The notes: generated by a model not told the origin, from the letters alone. 64,000 bases of DNA from an uncultured bacterium (GCA_963801165.1 CAWDDT010000010.1:224001-288000); one strand, 5' to 3'. Shown: positions 19,056 to 30,086, counted from the stretch's first letter. Translations and numbers: made by a program.

Positions 19056-22000
19056 TCACTTCCGGTAGCTGAGGCCCCGGTATCCGGTGACGAATCCGGC
19101 CGCAAGGAGTGCGGCGGAATAGGGCGAGCTGTGTGCCGACTCGCTGTTGATCTTGTTGATGGATGTCTGTTTGCTACGCCATTTGGCTACCTCGATGAGA
19201 CCCGAGGCGAGCAGATCGGGATCGGTGTTCCAGGTCAGCACCGACCGGGCGCCGCGATCGACGAATGCGGCGAGCCTGCCGTCGGTGAGGATGACGTAGG
19301 CGCCCGCATGGCGGCCGGGCGACCCGACCTCATGGTCGGGCCAGGGGACCGCACCGCCGTACGGGTTTGCCGGGTCGGCGGCCGCGAGGACGTCGATGCC
19401 GCGCGATTCGCGATCACGTAACCGGTCGATTGCACCCGGCAGCCCGAATTGTGCTCCGCCGAGACCCTCGACGAAGTACCCACGCCGGACCCGGCCGGTG
19501 TCCTCCATCGCGGCGAGGACCGGGTAGAGACCGGCGAAACCGCCGGGTATGCCCTCGGCGAGGACGGCGGTGCGGGTGACCACCCCGTGACGCTCGAGTA
19601 GCTGCTCGGCGACCGCCTTGGCCCGCAACTCGGGTGAGAGTGGTGCTGTCTCGTCCCACAGGCTGGCCACCAGATACCAACGCCCGGAGGCGGCAGGAGG
19701 GACGGAGAGACGGAGGTTCGGCCTAGGCGTGCTGCGCCGTGTCTTCGCTCCGGTGAAGGCGCGGCATGGGTGCATAGGTGTCGTTGGTGACCTCGCCGGA
19801 CCAGACGAGATCCCAAAGAGCGTCGATGACCGGCTGCATTTCCCCGCCGCCGGCCGCGGCATAGATGTCACCGAAGAAGGAAGCGCCCCGGGAAGAGAGG
19901 TGTGCCCGGACCAGCTCATGGATCGTCTCGGAGGGTCGATCGCCCGTGGGTGGTTCGAACAACAGCCCGGCGTGGTCGCGGTAGTACAGAGCGACCTTGC
20001 CGTCGCTCGTGCCGAGCGGCCCCGCACCGATCCAGACGAGCTCGCCGGACGCCAACATGAGGTCGAGCTCACCGGGGTTGTAATCCATCCGGGCTGCCAG
20101 CACGTCCTCTTCGAGGATCGAGGCGGGTACCGGTCGACCTTGTAGTGATCGGATCGCCTCGGGGAGCCGGACCGGGGCCGGGCCGTGGGTGCCGATGCGG
20201 TGCCACGCCGGGAGGAACGAACCGAGCCGGTCGGTGTCGACGGCTTCGATCTCCTTGCGCAGCGCGGCGAGTGAGCGGCGCCGGAGCCTGCGCAGCACGT
20301 CGAGGTCGACCCATTCGGTGCCGACGCCACCCGGCTGATACGCCCCCGCCGCCACCCGGTTGTCGCGTTCGAGACGACGAAGCACTTCGACGACGGCCGC
20401 CTCGGGGAGACCCAGGTCGGTTGCGATCTGATGCGACGTGAATGGGGCGTGGGTCCGGGCGTACCGGCCGACCACGTCGCCGAGCGGGTCGGTGACGGGC
20501 TCGAGCAGCGCTTCGGGGATCCCGGGAGGCGGTTGTACGCCCAGCGCGTCCCGGAGTCGGGCGACGTCCTCGACGGCGGCCCACCGTTGCTCTCGGCGGA
20601 CACGGACGGCGACGATGCGTCGGGTCGCGGTCAGCTCGTCGATCCACTCGCCAACGGCCTTCGTGTCGGTGGATCGGGCTTGCAGCTCTTCGGTCGACAA
20701 CGGGCCGAGGGTACGCAGGACGTCGGTGACGGCGTCGGGCCCCCGCACGTGACGATCCTCTGCGAGGTGCTGTAGCTCGAGCTCCACCTCACTGATCACC
20801 GCCGGGTCGAGCAGATCCCGGAATTGCGGGTCGCCGAGAAGCTCCTGGAGAAGATGCCGGTCGAGGGTCAGTGCGGCGGCACGCTTCTCTGCGAGCGGTG
20901 CGTCGTACTCGTACATGTAAGAGGCGATGAAGTCGAACATGAGCGACGTGGCGAAAGGGCTCGGGCCTTCGAGGTCGACCTCGCTGACCCGGGTCGTGCG
21001 GCGGGCGATGTCGGTGAGCAGCCGCCGCAGCCCCGGTAGATCGAAGTAGTCCTGGAGCACCTCCCGGTATGTCTCGAGAACGATGGGGAATGCAGGGAAC
21101 CGTCTGGCGACGTCCATCAGGTCGGACGCCTTGCGCCGCTGCAGCCAAAGGGGCGTGCGGCTGCCCGGTCTCCGTCTTGGCAGCAGCAGGGCACGCGCCG
21201 CCGCTTCCCGGAACCGGGAGGCAAACAGAGCGCTGTGCCCCGTTTCCTCGAGCACCAACTCGTCGATGTCCTCAGGCGCGATCACGAGCTCGGTTGTGGC
21301 GGGCCGGTCGTCGAGGTCGGGGAAGCGGAGGATGATGCCGTCGTCGGACCAGACGACATCTGCCTCGACCCCGTGGGTCTCGCGGTAGCGGCGCCGGGCG
21401 GCCAGCGCCCACGGGGCATGCACCCGGGCTCCGAACGGCGTGAGCACAACCATGCGCCAGTCGCCGATCTCGTCGCGGAACCGTTCGATGACGATGCTCT
21501 TGTCGGTGGGAAGAACGCCGGTGGCGGTGCGCTCTTCCTCCAGGAATGAGGCGAGGTTGTTCGCTGCCCACGGATCCAGCCGGTACTCGTCACGGAGCGT
21601 GGTGGCCGCGTCCTCGGGCTTCATCCGGCCGAGTTTGCGGATGAAGCCACCGACGGCCTCGCCGAGCTCGGCTGGACGGCCGGGACCGTCGCCGTGCCAG
21701 AAGGGGAGCTTGGCTCCGGGCTGGCCCGGTGCGGGCGCAACCACCACGCGGTCACGCGTCACCTCGGAGATCTTCCAGGACGAGGAGCCGAGCACGAAGG
21801 TGTCGCCGACACGGCTCTCGTACACCATCTCCTCGTCGAGCTCACCTATCCGGCCGCCGTCGGGGAGAACCACCGTGTACAGGCCCCGGTCCGGGATGGT
21901 TCCCGCGTTGGTGACGGCGAGCAGTTTGGCATTGCCGCGCGGTGCCAGCGTGTTGGCCACCCGATCCCACACGATCCTGGGTCGCAGCTCTGCAAATTCG

Positions 22001-23436
22001 TCCGACGGGTACCGGCCGGCGAGCATGTCGAGAACCGCCTCGAAGGAGGCACGGGTGAGGTGCCGGTAGGGAAGGGTGCGCCTCACGAGGTCAAACACCG
22101 TGTCGACCTCCAGCTCCTCGACGGCAACCATGGCCACGATCTGCTGAGCGAGCACATCGAGTGGGTTCTGCGGGATCACCGTGTGCTCGATCTCGCCCCG
22201 GTACATCCGCTCGACAACGACGGCCGTCTCGAGCAGGTCGCCGCGGTGCTTGGGAAAGACCCGCGCTCGGGAGGGTGCACCAACCTGATGGCCGGCGCGG
22301 CCCGCCCGTTGTAGGCCCCGGGCGACTGATGCGGGCGATTCCACCATGACGACCAGATCGACTGCGGCCATGTCTATGCCCAGCTCGAGTGTCGAGGTGG
22401 CGACCACACCGCGCAGTTCCCCGCTCTTGAGCCTGCTCTCGATCTCGACCCTCTGTTCCCGGGACACCGACCCGTGGTGTGACTGCACCAGCTCTTCGCC
22501 GGCGAGCCGGTTGAGCTCTGCCGCCAGACGCTCGGCGAGCCCGCGGCTGTTCACAAACAGAAGGGTCGAAGTGTGCTCGAGAACGAGATCGAGGAGCTTC
22601 GGGTACACGGCAGGCCAGATCGACTTGCGTTCGGGGTGCTCACCGACGGGATCGGGGGGACCGGTCTCCTCGGGTCGGGTCATATCCTCGACCGGGACGA
22701 CGATCTCGACCTCGAGCTGCTTCTCCCAGGGAGCGTCGACAACCGTCACCGGCCGGGCCCGCCAGTCCGATTCCGGTGTTTCCCGTACCCCGCCGCCGAG
22801 GAACTCGGCTATGGCTGCCAGCGGGCGTTGTGTCGCCGACAACCCGATACGCTGCGGCGGGCTCTCGGTGAGAGCGGAGAGCCGCTCGAGGGTCAGCGCC
22901 AGGTGGCTGCCTCGTTTGGTGGCGGCGACCGAGTGGATCTCGTCGACGATGACATACTCGACCGACGCCAGCATCTCGCGTGCTTGCGAGGTGAGCATCA
23001 GGTAGAGGGACTCGGGCGTGGTGATCAGGATGTCGGGTGGGTGGCGGAGCATGGCGGTACGCGCGGCAGGTGGTGTGTCGCCGGTTCGCATCGCAGTCGT
23101 TATCCGGGGCGGTTCGACGCCGAGTTGTGCGGCGGCGAGATGAATGCCGGCGAGCGGGGCACGCAGGTTGCGCTCGATGTCGTAGGCGAGTGCCTTCATC
23201 GGTGAGACGTACAGCACCCGGCACCGTTCTCGCTCCGGTGGGATGGGCTCGACGGTCAGCCGGTCGATCGCCCACAGGAAGGCGGCCAGCGTCTTGCCCG
23301 ACCCGGTGGGGGCGTGGATCAAAGTGTGCTCGCCCCGTGCGATTGCTTCCCAGCCCTCGCTCTGGGCCCGGGTAGGCGCGGCAAATGAGGCCTCGAACCA
23401 GGCCCGGGTCGCAGGTGAGAACCGATGCAGCGCCAT
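19056..23436 (-). pseudogene. lhr: Lhr DEAD/H helicase with C-terminal extension, interrupted by a +1 frameshift near 19763 (pseudogene or sequence error)
   Basis: APTGSGKT, DEIH, SAT, TSTLELGID, QRAGRAGH in 19723..23436; C-terminal Lhr motifs (SGRW, LLERHGVV, RRGYFVEGLGGAQF, AADPANPYG) in the frame ending at 19056. Confidence 0.88.
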
Positions 23437-23444
23437 CAGATGTC

Positions 23445-23466
23445 AGGGTACCCGGTGCTTGCGACA
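23445..23466 (-). promoter_or_regulatory. RecA-NDp/PafBC-type DNA-damage promoter motif, leaderless lhr
   Basis: TGTCGC-N10-TACCCT then 8 nt to ATG; resembles mycobacterial TGTCGG-N10-TAnnnT. Confidence 0.7.
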
Positions 23467-23488
23467 TGAACCGCCGAGCTGTCTGGAA

Positions 23489-23596
23489 GCAGCTGGAGAG
23501 AATGACAAAACCGACTTAGGCACAGGGCGCGGGTAAGACGGTCCAGTAACTGGGGAAAATGACAAAATCGACTTACGCGCACAGTCGCGCGTAAGA
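23489..23596. repeat. Two imperfect ~57-bp direct repeats with internal palindromes
   Basis: AATGACAAAA(C/T)CGACTTA..GCACAG..GCG.GTAAGA at ~23501 and ~23558. Confidence 0.75.
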
Positions 23597-23738
23597 ACCG
23601 GGGTTCCGTCTCTCGGGCAGGGGATCTGGCCAAGCCGATGGCCATATGATGGCTTGCTCGATAGCCGATAGCCTGATGAAGCCCGACCTGTCGGCTATCG
23701 CGTCGACGGAATGAGGTACCTCGATCAGGTGTTGGGAG

Positions 23739-24023
23739 TCAGCGTGTGGAATCGGCCTTACGACGCTCGCTCAAGCGGTGTCTTCTCGCACCGGGGCGTG
23801 AGTCGTACGTTGTGGAACCCGGGCCTCGGTGCGTGGGGGCGTCGATAGGGTTCCCGTCGGTGTCGACGATTTCCTCGTACTCGCCACTGAGGGAGACGGC
23901 TTCGTTCTCATCATCCATTGTTTGCACATCATCCGTGCAGGGTGGGGAGGCAACTCTGATCAGCGCCATGGCGAACAGAAGACCGGCGGTGTATACGCCG
24001 GCGATGATATGCCACACGTGCAT
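23739..24023 (-). CDS. Small hypothetical membrane protein
   Basis: GGAGG SD upstream of ATG, N-terminal hydrophobic helix then acidic tail. Confidence 0.5.
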   Translation of the reverse strand: MHVWHIIAGVYTAGLLFAMALIRVASPPCTDDVQTMDDENEAVSLSGEYEEIVDTDGNPIDAPTHRGPGSTTYDSRPGARRHRLSERRKADSTR

Positions 24024-24243
24024 GGAGCCTCCATCGTGCCCATCGGCCCCTTTGCCCCAAATCTGTAGTGCAAGAGTGTGCTTTCTTGCATTGCTCCCTG
24101 TGCGTACCAATGATCGCCAGTGCTTCATGGTTCGGATACGGGTCTGTTGTCCTTGTCGGTAGGGCCTCTATGCCTCACCGGAGGTCGTCGGATTCCGGGG
24201 TGTCTTCGGCTTGAATCAAAGCTGAAGCTCTGGAGGATCATCC

Positions 24244-24873
24244 ATGGATATTGCGGTCAATCTCGTCGAGAACTATCTGCGGCTCACCGGCTACATGACG
24301 TTGAGTGAGTTCGAGGTGCAGCGGCGTGACAAGGACGGTCGGTTCAAGTCGGTGACCGACATCGACATCATGGGGATCCGGTTTCCCGGTGACGTCTACC
24401 TGGGCGACCCGCGCGGGGCCGCCGACTACGAGATGCTGCTCATCGACGATCCGGTGCTCGAGCACGAGGACAACACGATCGATGTGATCGTCGGTGAGGT
24501 TAAGCAGGGCCAGGCTGAGTTCAACCCCGGCATCAAGGACCATGGGGTACTCCACTCGATGTTGCGCCGGGTCGAGTGGGTCTACGACGTCGGTGTCAAC
24601 GATGTTATCGACGGGCTGCAGCGGGAGGGCCTGCACCGGACGCCCAGCAAGGGCGGTGCGATCGTGCGCACCCGCCTGGTCGCATTCGGGCGTAGCTCGC
24701 ACTCGAACCTCAACACGATCTCGATCAGCCACATCGTGACGACGATGCTCGAGTTCTTCGAGAAGCACGAGGATGCATTCCGGCCCATCCAGTTCCGAGA
24801 ACCGGCGCCCGCCCTGCTCAGCCTGCTGTTGAAATCGGGGTTCGACGTCAACAAGACGAGGGGGGCGAACTGA
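24244..24873 (+). CDS. Hypothetical protein with PD-(D/E)xK nuclease-like motifs
   Basis: SD GGAGG; E..YL..GY, DID, GEVK arrangement. Confidence 0.7.
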   Translation: MDIAVNLVENYLRLTGYMTLSEFEVQRRDKDGRFKSVTDIDIMGIRFPGDVYLGDPRGAADYEMLLIDDPVLEHEDNTIDVIVGEVKQGQAEFNPGIKDHGVLHSMLRRVEWVYDVGVNDVIDGLQREGLHRTPSKGGAIVRTRLVAFGRSSHSNLNTISISHIVTTMLEFFEKHEDAFRPIQFREPAPALLSLLLKSGFDVNKTRGAN

Positions 24874-24947
24874 AGGCGTGAACCTCGGAGTGCGGTTTCG
24901 ATTCTTGGTGAGGGTGCCCGCTGCGGGTCCCCGCGAGGGAGAGGGAG

Positions 24948-26171
24948 ATGCAGGAGATCAGCGAGGACCGCCGAATGAAACCAAACAGACCCCACAGCAA
25001 ACGGTCATCTGTGTGGCGACGCTCTTTCACGACGGTTTCACTTGTGAGCGGAGCACTCGTCGTGGGGGTACTGGCGCTCCTCATCCTCGGCGCGTTCGTC
25101 CCCGGCATCCCCGTCGTGGGTCTCTTCGGATCGATCGTCTCAGGCGTCGTCGGCTGGATGGCTCTCATCTTGGTGGTGGCACTCGGCGTGGCCGTGTGGC
25201 TGCTCGTCCGGAGGCGGAATGCCTGGCGTATCGCGGTGACCGGTGTCATAGCCCTCGCTGTGATCGGCAGCGTCACGATGACGATCCGCCTCGTGACGGT
25301 TGGCACCCAATACGGTGTCTCCGTCAATCCTCTGGCGGGTTCTCCCACGACCACACTCCCCGACGAAACTGCGCAGTACTCCGAGTACGACGGTGAGCCA
25401 CTGACCGTTGCCATCTGGAGACCCAAAGGGCAGGTTGCTTCGGGTGACGCCCCCGTAGCGCTGTTCGCCCACGGCGGCGGCTGGAGCGAAGGCACCAACA
25501 TCGACGACAACTCCGGTGTCAAGCAGGATCTGGCCGATCGCGGCTGGCTGGTGGTCAGCGTCGAGTACACATTGTCGTCACCCACCCATCCCACATGGGA
25601 CCTGGCCGAGGCACAGATCGGGTGTGCGATGATCTGGGCATCCGAGAACGCTGGCAGCTACGGCGCCGACGCATCCCGCCTGGTCGTTCTCGGCGATTCC
25701 GCAGGCGGCAACCTCGCCATCAACGCGAGCAGCCGGGCGAACGCGGGCGCTCTCACCCCGTCGTGCGACGGAGACATCCCCAGGGTGTCGGCTGTCGCTA
25801 CCGTCTACCCGGGCGTCGACCCGTACGGTCTCTACGCGCGAACCATCCCGCTGGGTGGAGAACCGGGCAGGAACCCCATCACCCAGTACATCGGCGGCAC
25901 TCCAGACGAGTTCCCCGAGCGCTACAAGGCTGTCGCTTCTTCGACGTACATCAGCTCGATGATGCCCCCGACACTCGTCATCCAGGGTACAAACGACCAC
26001 CTCGTCGATCCCGGGAGGGTCTACGACTTTGTGGACCAGGCGAGAGATGCCGGAGCCGACATCGAGCTTGTCCTCATCCCCTACGCGGATCACGTCTTCG
26101 ACGCCTCCCCCATCGGGGCGCAGCTCTACAAAGGGATCACCCTCAACTGGCTAGAGGACCACGGCTTCTGA
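24948..26171 (+). CDS. Membrane-anchored alpha/beta hydrolase (esterase/lipase, HSL-like)
   Basis: N-terminal TM helices, HGGGW, GDSAGG, GTNDHLV, ADHVFD. Confidence 0.88.
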   Translation: MQEISEDRRMKPNRPHSKRSSVWRRSFTTVSLVSGALVVGVLALLILGAFVPGIPVVGLFGSIVSGVVGWMALILVVALGVAVWLLVRRRNAWRIAVTGVIALAVIGSVTMTIRLVTVGTQYGVSVNPLAGSPTTTLPDETAQYSEYDGEPLTVAIWRPKGQVASGDAPVALFAHGGGWSEGTNIDDNSGVKQDLADRGWLVVSVEYTLSSPTHPTWDLAEAQIGCAMIWASENAGSYGADASRLVVLGDSAGGNLAINASSRANAGALTPSCDGDIPRVSAVATVYPGVDPYGLYARTIPLGGEPGRNPITQYIGGTPDEFPERYKAVASSTYISSMMPPTLVIQGTNDHLVDPGRVYDFVDQARDAGADIELVLIPYADHVFDASPIGAQLYKGITLNWLEDHGF

Positions 26172-26263
26172 GACCTAACGTGGTCGGGGGTTGCGCCCGT
26201 TCTACGCCCGGTCCACAGGGGGCCGGCGAGTTCGAGCGCGGGTCGCACGACTGACGACTCGTG

Positions 26264-27025
26264 TCAGTAGGTGCGGACGACCTTGATGGCGGCCTCGGCC
26301 TTCTCACCCTCGGTCTTTAGCGAGCTAGCGGCAGAGTCCATACGATGAACCGCGATCCGGCACCATTCCCCCGCGATGCCTTTGATGATGTCGGTGGCGT
26401 CCTCGGGGCCGTAGACCCAGCGGGAGTAGCTCGGTCCCATCAGCTCCAACCGAATGCCGCCCTCTGGGAACTCCTCGCCGGCCTCGGCAAATGCATACGG
26501 GAGCATGCGATGAGCCAGCCAGGCGACGTGACGGATGCGTGATGTGTCGGCGGTCGGGTCGTCTTCTTCATCGTAGGTGAGCCGCCCCTCCATTGCGTCT
26601 TTGATGTCCAGACCGTGCGCCCAGGTCTCCATCAGACGCAATGTGGCATAGGCGCGGGCGCTCATGTCGCCGCTGAACCAGGGGACCCGGTCGCCGCCGT
26701 CCATACGCGAGAGCGCATCGACGACGTCGGCGCGGCTGTTGCGCCACCATTCGATCACCTGCTGGTAGCGCATCTTGCGACCCTCTTTGACCCCCCGCGC
26801 GGTCCACTCGTCAATGTCGTCCTTGTTCACACGAGAAACGACCTTTTTCCCGTCGGCAAGCACCTCGGCGGCGAAGCGTTCGGAGTAGGCGAGGTGGCTC
26901 ACCGTGTCCTTGATGCTCCAGCCGGGCGCAGAAGTCGGCAGATTCCACTGCCGCTCGTTGATCCGTTGCAGGAACTGGTCGAGGGATTGTTGCTCAGCTA
27001 CGAGGTCAGAGAGTATCTCACGCAT
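26264..27025 (-). CDS. Mycothiol-dependent maleylpyruvate isomerase/DinB-like metal-binding protein (TIGR03084-like)
   Basis: PGWSIKDTVSHL, RLMETWAHGLD. Confidence 0.8.
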   Translation of the reverse strand: MREILSDLVAEQQSLDQFLQRINERQWNLPTSAPGWSIKDTVSHLAYSERFAAEVLADGKKVVSRVNKDDIDEWTARGVKEGRKMRYQQVIEWWRNSRADVVDALSRMDGGDRVPWFSGDMSARAYATLRLMETWAHGLDIKDAMEGRLTYDEEDDPTADTSRIRHVAWLAHRMLPYAFAEAGEEFPEGGIRLELMGPSYSRWVYGPEDATDIIKGIAGEWCRIAVHRMDSAASSLKTEGEKAEAAIKVVRTY

Positions 27026-27049
27026 CAGGACCGCATTTTACTGCGCCCC

Positions 27050-28117
27050 CTATGCGGGTGAATCCTCCGCGGCGGCATTGAGCTGATCGACCATCAATCG
27101 GAGCTTTCCGAGGTGACGTCGATCGAAGTGGAGACGGATCCTCGGCAGGTCGACGTGGTCGTCGGTGCGGATCTCGGCGGGGGTTGCGGCGATCTTTTCG
27201 ATCCTGCCTTTTACGAGGATGTCGCCGAACTCGTCGTTGAGACGCTCGATCAAGGCGACCGACGGCTCATGCTTGAGACGGAGGACCAGCTTTCCGTCCA
27301 CATAGCGTTGCGAGTGGTAGTTGTTGTAGAAGCGTCTGATCTCGTCGGCGGCCTCTTCAGCGTTGTTGGTGTAGGTGAACAGGCTCAGGTCGTCCGGGGC
27401 GATCATGCCCTGATCTCGCAGCGTCTCGACGAAGTCGAACCACTCTTTCCAGTACCCGGTTCCCTCGGCCTCCATCAACACGATCGGATGCATGTCCGAC
27501 TTCCCGGTTTGGGTGAGCGTCAGCAGCTCGAACGTCTCGTCCTGGGTGCCAAACCCACCTGGAAACACGGCAAACGCGTCGGATTCCTTGACGAAGACGA
27601 GTTTTCTGGTGAAGAAGTACTTGAAGTTGATGAGCCGGCTCTCGTGTACGTACGGGTTGGCGTCGGCTTCGAAGGGGAGCCGGATATTGACCCCGAATCC
27701 GTAGTCACTGCCGGCGCCGCGATTGCCGGCCTCCATGATCCCGGGGCCGGCTCCGGTGATGACCATCCACTGGTAGCCGTCCGCCATCAGGTTGGCGAAC
27801 TCTCCCGCCAGCTGGTAGTTGGGGCTACCGGGAGCGGTACGAGCCGAGCCGTAGACGGTCACCTTCGGTGTCTCCGTGTAACGGGAGAACACCATGAATG
27901 AGTAGCGCAGCTCCTTGAGCGCGCTATTGACGATCTTGAGATCTCCGCGGTCGGTGTCGTCGCGGTGCATCTTGATGATCGAGACGATCATCTCGCGAAT
28001 GAGATCATCGTCGTGGTCGTGGCCGGCGTGGCCGGCGACCGCGTCGCTGACGAGGGCGGCCAGCTGATCGTCCAGTTCTTTGTTACCCAGGTGATAGTTC
28101 CGCATCAGGCTCCGCAT
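27050..28117 (-). CDS. LOG family nucleotide monophosphate nucleosidase (long form)
   Basis: GSART, TGAGPGIMEAGN, YFFTRK, PGGFGTQDE. Confidence 0.9.
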   Translation of the reverse strand: MRSLMRNYHLGNKELDDQLAALVSDAVAGHAGHDHDDDLIREMIVSIIKMHRDDTDRGDLKIVNSALKELRYSFMVFSRYTETPKVTVYGSARTAPGSPNYQLAGEFANLMADGYQWMVITGAGPGIMEAGNRGAGSDYGFGVNIRLPFEADANPYVHESRLINFKYFFTRKLVFVKESDAFAVFPGGFGTQDETFELLTLTQTGKSDMHPIVLMEAEGTGYWKEWFDFVETLRDQGMIAPDDLSLFTYTNNAEEAADEIRRFYNNYHSQRYVDGKLVLRLKHEPSVALIERLNDEFGDILVKGRIEKIAATPAEIRTDDHVDLPRIRLHFDRRHLGKLRLMVDQLNAAAEDSPA

Positions 28118-28168
28118 GGCCCGGCACCGACGTGTACCGGACTGTCGACGCTACTACCGTCCGTGTCT

Positions 28169-28807
28169 ATGCGCCATGTGATCTGGGACTGGAATGGCAC
28201 GCTTGTCGACGACCTCCACGTCGTCGTAGATGCCGTCAACGTATCTCTCGCCGGGTTCGGTGCGGGCCCGATCGACGCCGACGACTATCGGGACCACTAC
28301 ACCCGTCCGGTACGTGTCTTTTACGACCGATTGCTGAACCGCGCCGTCACCGATGACGAGTGGCGCCGCATCGACACGACGTTTCACACCAACTACTCGA
28401 ACGGGCTACACCGGGTAGCTCTGACCGAAGATGCCGAAGCGGCGATCCGGGCGGTGAAAGCGGCGGGGGCCACCCAGTCGATCCTCTCGATGTGGTGGCA
28501 AGAGGACCTGGTTCCCGAGGTGAGACGGCACGGGCTGGACGACATCATGGTTCGTATCGACGGCAATACGCTCGAAGGGGGCGAAACGAAAGCAGCGCTG
28601 CTCGAGATGCATCTCAGCCATCTGCCCGCCCGCAGCGAACCGGTGCTGATCGGCGACGCCACCGACGATGCCCATGCGGCGGCCTCCGCAGGGATTCCGG
28701 CCGTCATCTACGACGGCGGGAGCCACCATCGTGAGTTGCTCGAGTCGCTCGGCGTCCCGGTTGTCGGCACCCTGACGGAAGCGGTGATGGTGGGTCTGGC
28801 GCTATGA
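28169..28807 (+). CDS. HAD-family phosphatase
   Basis: WDWNGTL, K, IGDATDD. Confidence 0.88.
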   Translation: MRHVIWDWNGTLVDDLHVVVDAVNVSLAGFGAGPIDADDYRDHYTRPVRVFYDRLLNRAVTDDEWRRIDTTFHTNYSNGLHRVALTEDAEAAIRAVKAAGATQSILSMWWQEDLVPEVRRHGLDDIMVRIDGNTLEGGETKAALLEMHLSHLPARSEPVLIGDATDDAHAAASAGIPAVIYDGGSHHRELLESLGVPVVGTLTEAVMVGLAL

Positions 28808-28844
28808 CGACGTTACGATCGTTCAGCTGCGCCGGGGGTAACCC

Positions 28845-29504
28845 GTGATCCTCGCGGACAAGTGCTTGATCCTCCACATGCCCAAGACAGGCGGTGTGTT
28901 CATCCGCATGCTTCTCGAGAAGCACTACGGGGACGCCGTGCAGCTCGCAACGGGGAAGGGGTTCGACGATCCGAGCGCTCCGTGGGCCCAGCACCATTCG
29001 ATCGACGACGTCCCGGCGGAGTTCCGCAGCCTCCCCGCGTTTGGGTTCGTCCGGAACCCGTGGGATTGGTATGTCTCGTGGTTCCACTTCTTCATGTCCT
29101 ATCCGCACCGGCCCCCGCACTTTGTCACCGTCTCGCACGACAAGACCCTCGACTTCGCCGGCTTCATGACCAGCCTGTACAGCTATCCCGAGGACTCGCC
29201 CGAGTACCTGTACAACAGCTTCTCCGCCGAGTATTACCGGATCTTCGGTTGCAACGAGGCCGTACCCCGTAACCCGGTCATCGAGATGGGGCGCTACGAG
29301 ACAGTGCACGACGATCTGCACGCGTTCTTGGCCCGCGTCGGAGTCGATCGGGAATGCCTCGACGATATCGAGGGGTTCCGCCGGATGAACCCGAGCCCGC
29401 ACCGCCATTACTCGACCTATTACACCGACGAGGTTGTCGACCAGGTCTACCGCCACAACCGCGCCGTGATCGACGAGTTCGGGTATAGGTTCGATCCGGC
29501 GTAG
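28845..29504 (+). CDS. Sulfotransferase family 2-like protein
   Basis: 5'-PSB HMPKTGG, 3'-PB FVRNPWDWYVSW, GRYE, FGY.F C-terminus. Confidence 0.8.
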   Translation: MILADKCLILHMPKTGGVFIRMLLEKHYGDAVQLATGKGFDDPSAPWAQHHSIDDVPAEFRSLPAFGFVRNPWDWYVSWFHFFMSYPHRPPHFVTVSHDKTLDFAGFMTSLYSYPEDSPEYLYNSFSAEYYRIFGCNEAVPRNPVIEMGRYETVHDDLHAFLARVGVDRECLDDIEGFRRMNPSPHRHYSTYYTDEVVDQVYRHNRAVIDEFGYRFDPA

Positions 29505-29534
29505 ACCACGCCGGCATTCCGCCGGGGTCTACGC
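29499..29534. terminator. Hairpin between convergent sulfotransferase and yajQ
   Basis: GCGTAGACC...GGTCTACGC 9-bp inverted repeat. Confidence 0.55.
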
Positions 29535-29571
29535 AAGAAACGCATGCGGGCGATGTCACCGGCCCGCGGTG

Positions 29572-30057
29572 CTAATCGCGGTAGTTGATGTACTGGAGGG
29601 GGAGGCGGAAGTCCAGGTCGCGGAGCAGTTGGATGACCTCCTGGAGGTCGTCCCGCTTCTTGCCCTGCACCCGCAACTGGTCGGCCTGGACCTGGACCTG
29701 CACCTTCAACTTCGAGTCGCGAATGAGTTTCGACAACTCCTTGGCGGCGTCCTGTGGAATGCCCTGGCTCAGGGTGAAGAGTGTCTGTGATCTGCCACCC
29801 GCGGCCGGTTTGATCTCTCCACCTGCGATGGATTTGAGCGACACCTTGCGTTTGACGAGACGGCCCTTGAGGACGTCGATAGCGGCCTCCAACCTGCTGT
29901 CGGCGTTGGATTCGAGCGAGATGCCCTCGTCGGTCAGCCCGACCTTGGTGTCGGTGCCCTTGAAGTCGTAGCGGTTGGTGATCTCGCGTACCGCCTGGTC
30001 GACCGCGTTGCGGACTTCCTGCATGTCTACCTGGGAAACGATGTCGAATGAAGGCAT
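29572..30057 (-). CDS. yajQ: YajQ family nucleotide/c-di-GMP-binding protein
   Basis: MPSFDIVS, RYDFKG, GKKRDDLQ, NYRD. Confidence 0.95.
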   Translation of the reverse strand: MPSFDIVSQVDMQEVRNAVDQAVREITNRYDFKGTDTKVGLTDEGISLESNADSRLEAAIDVLKGRLVKRKVSLKSIAGGEIKPAAGGRSQTLFTLSQGIPQDAAKELSKLIRDSKLKVQVQVQADQLRVQGKKRDDLQEVIQLLRDLDFRLPLQYINYRD

Positions 30058-30086
30058 GACGTGACCTTAGTGCTCCGTACCGCCGC

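Noticed and set aside
19056-20603. 515-aa ORF as an independent gene or programmed frameshift product
   Set aside because: Only its last ~235 aa are Lhr-like; no slippery sequence at the shift site
23480-26250. Prophage or integrative element
   Set aside because: No integrase, transposase, phage genes, tRNA target or att repeats; at most a small accessory patch
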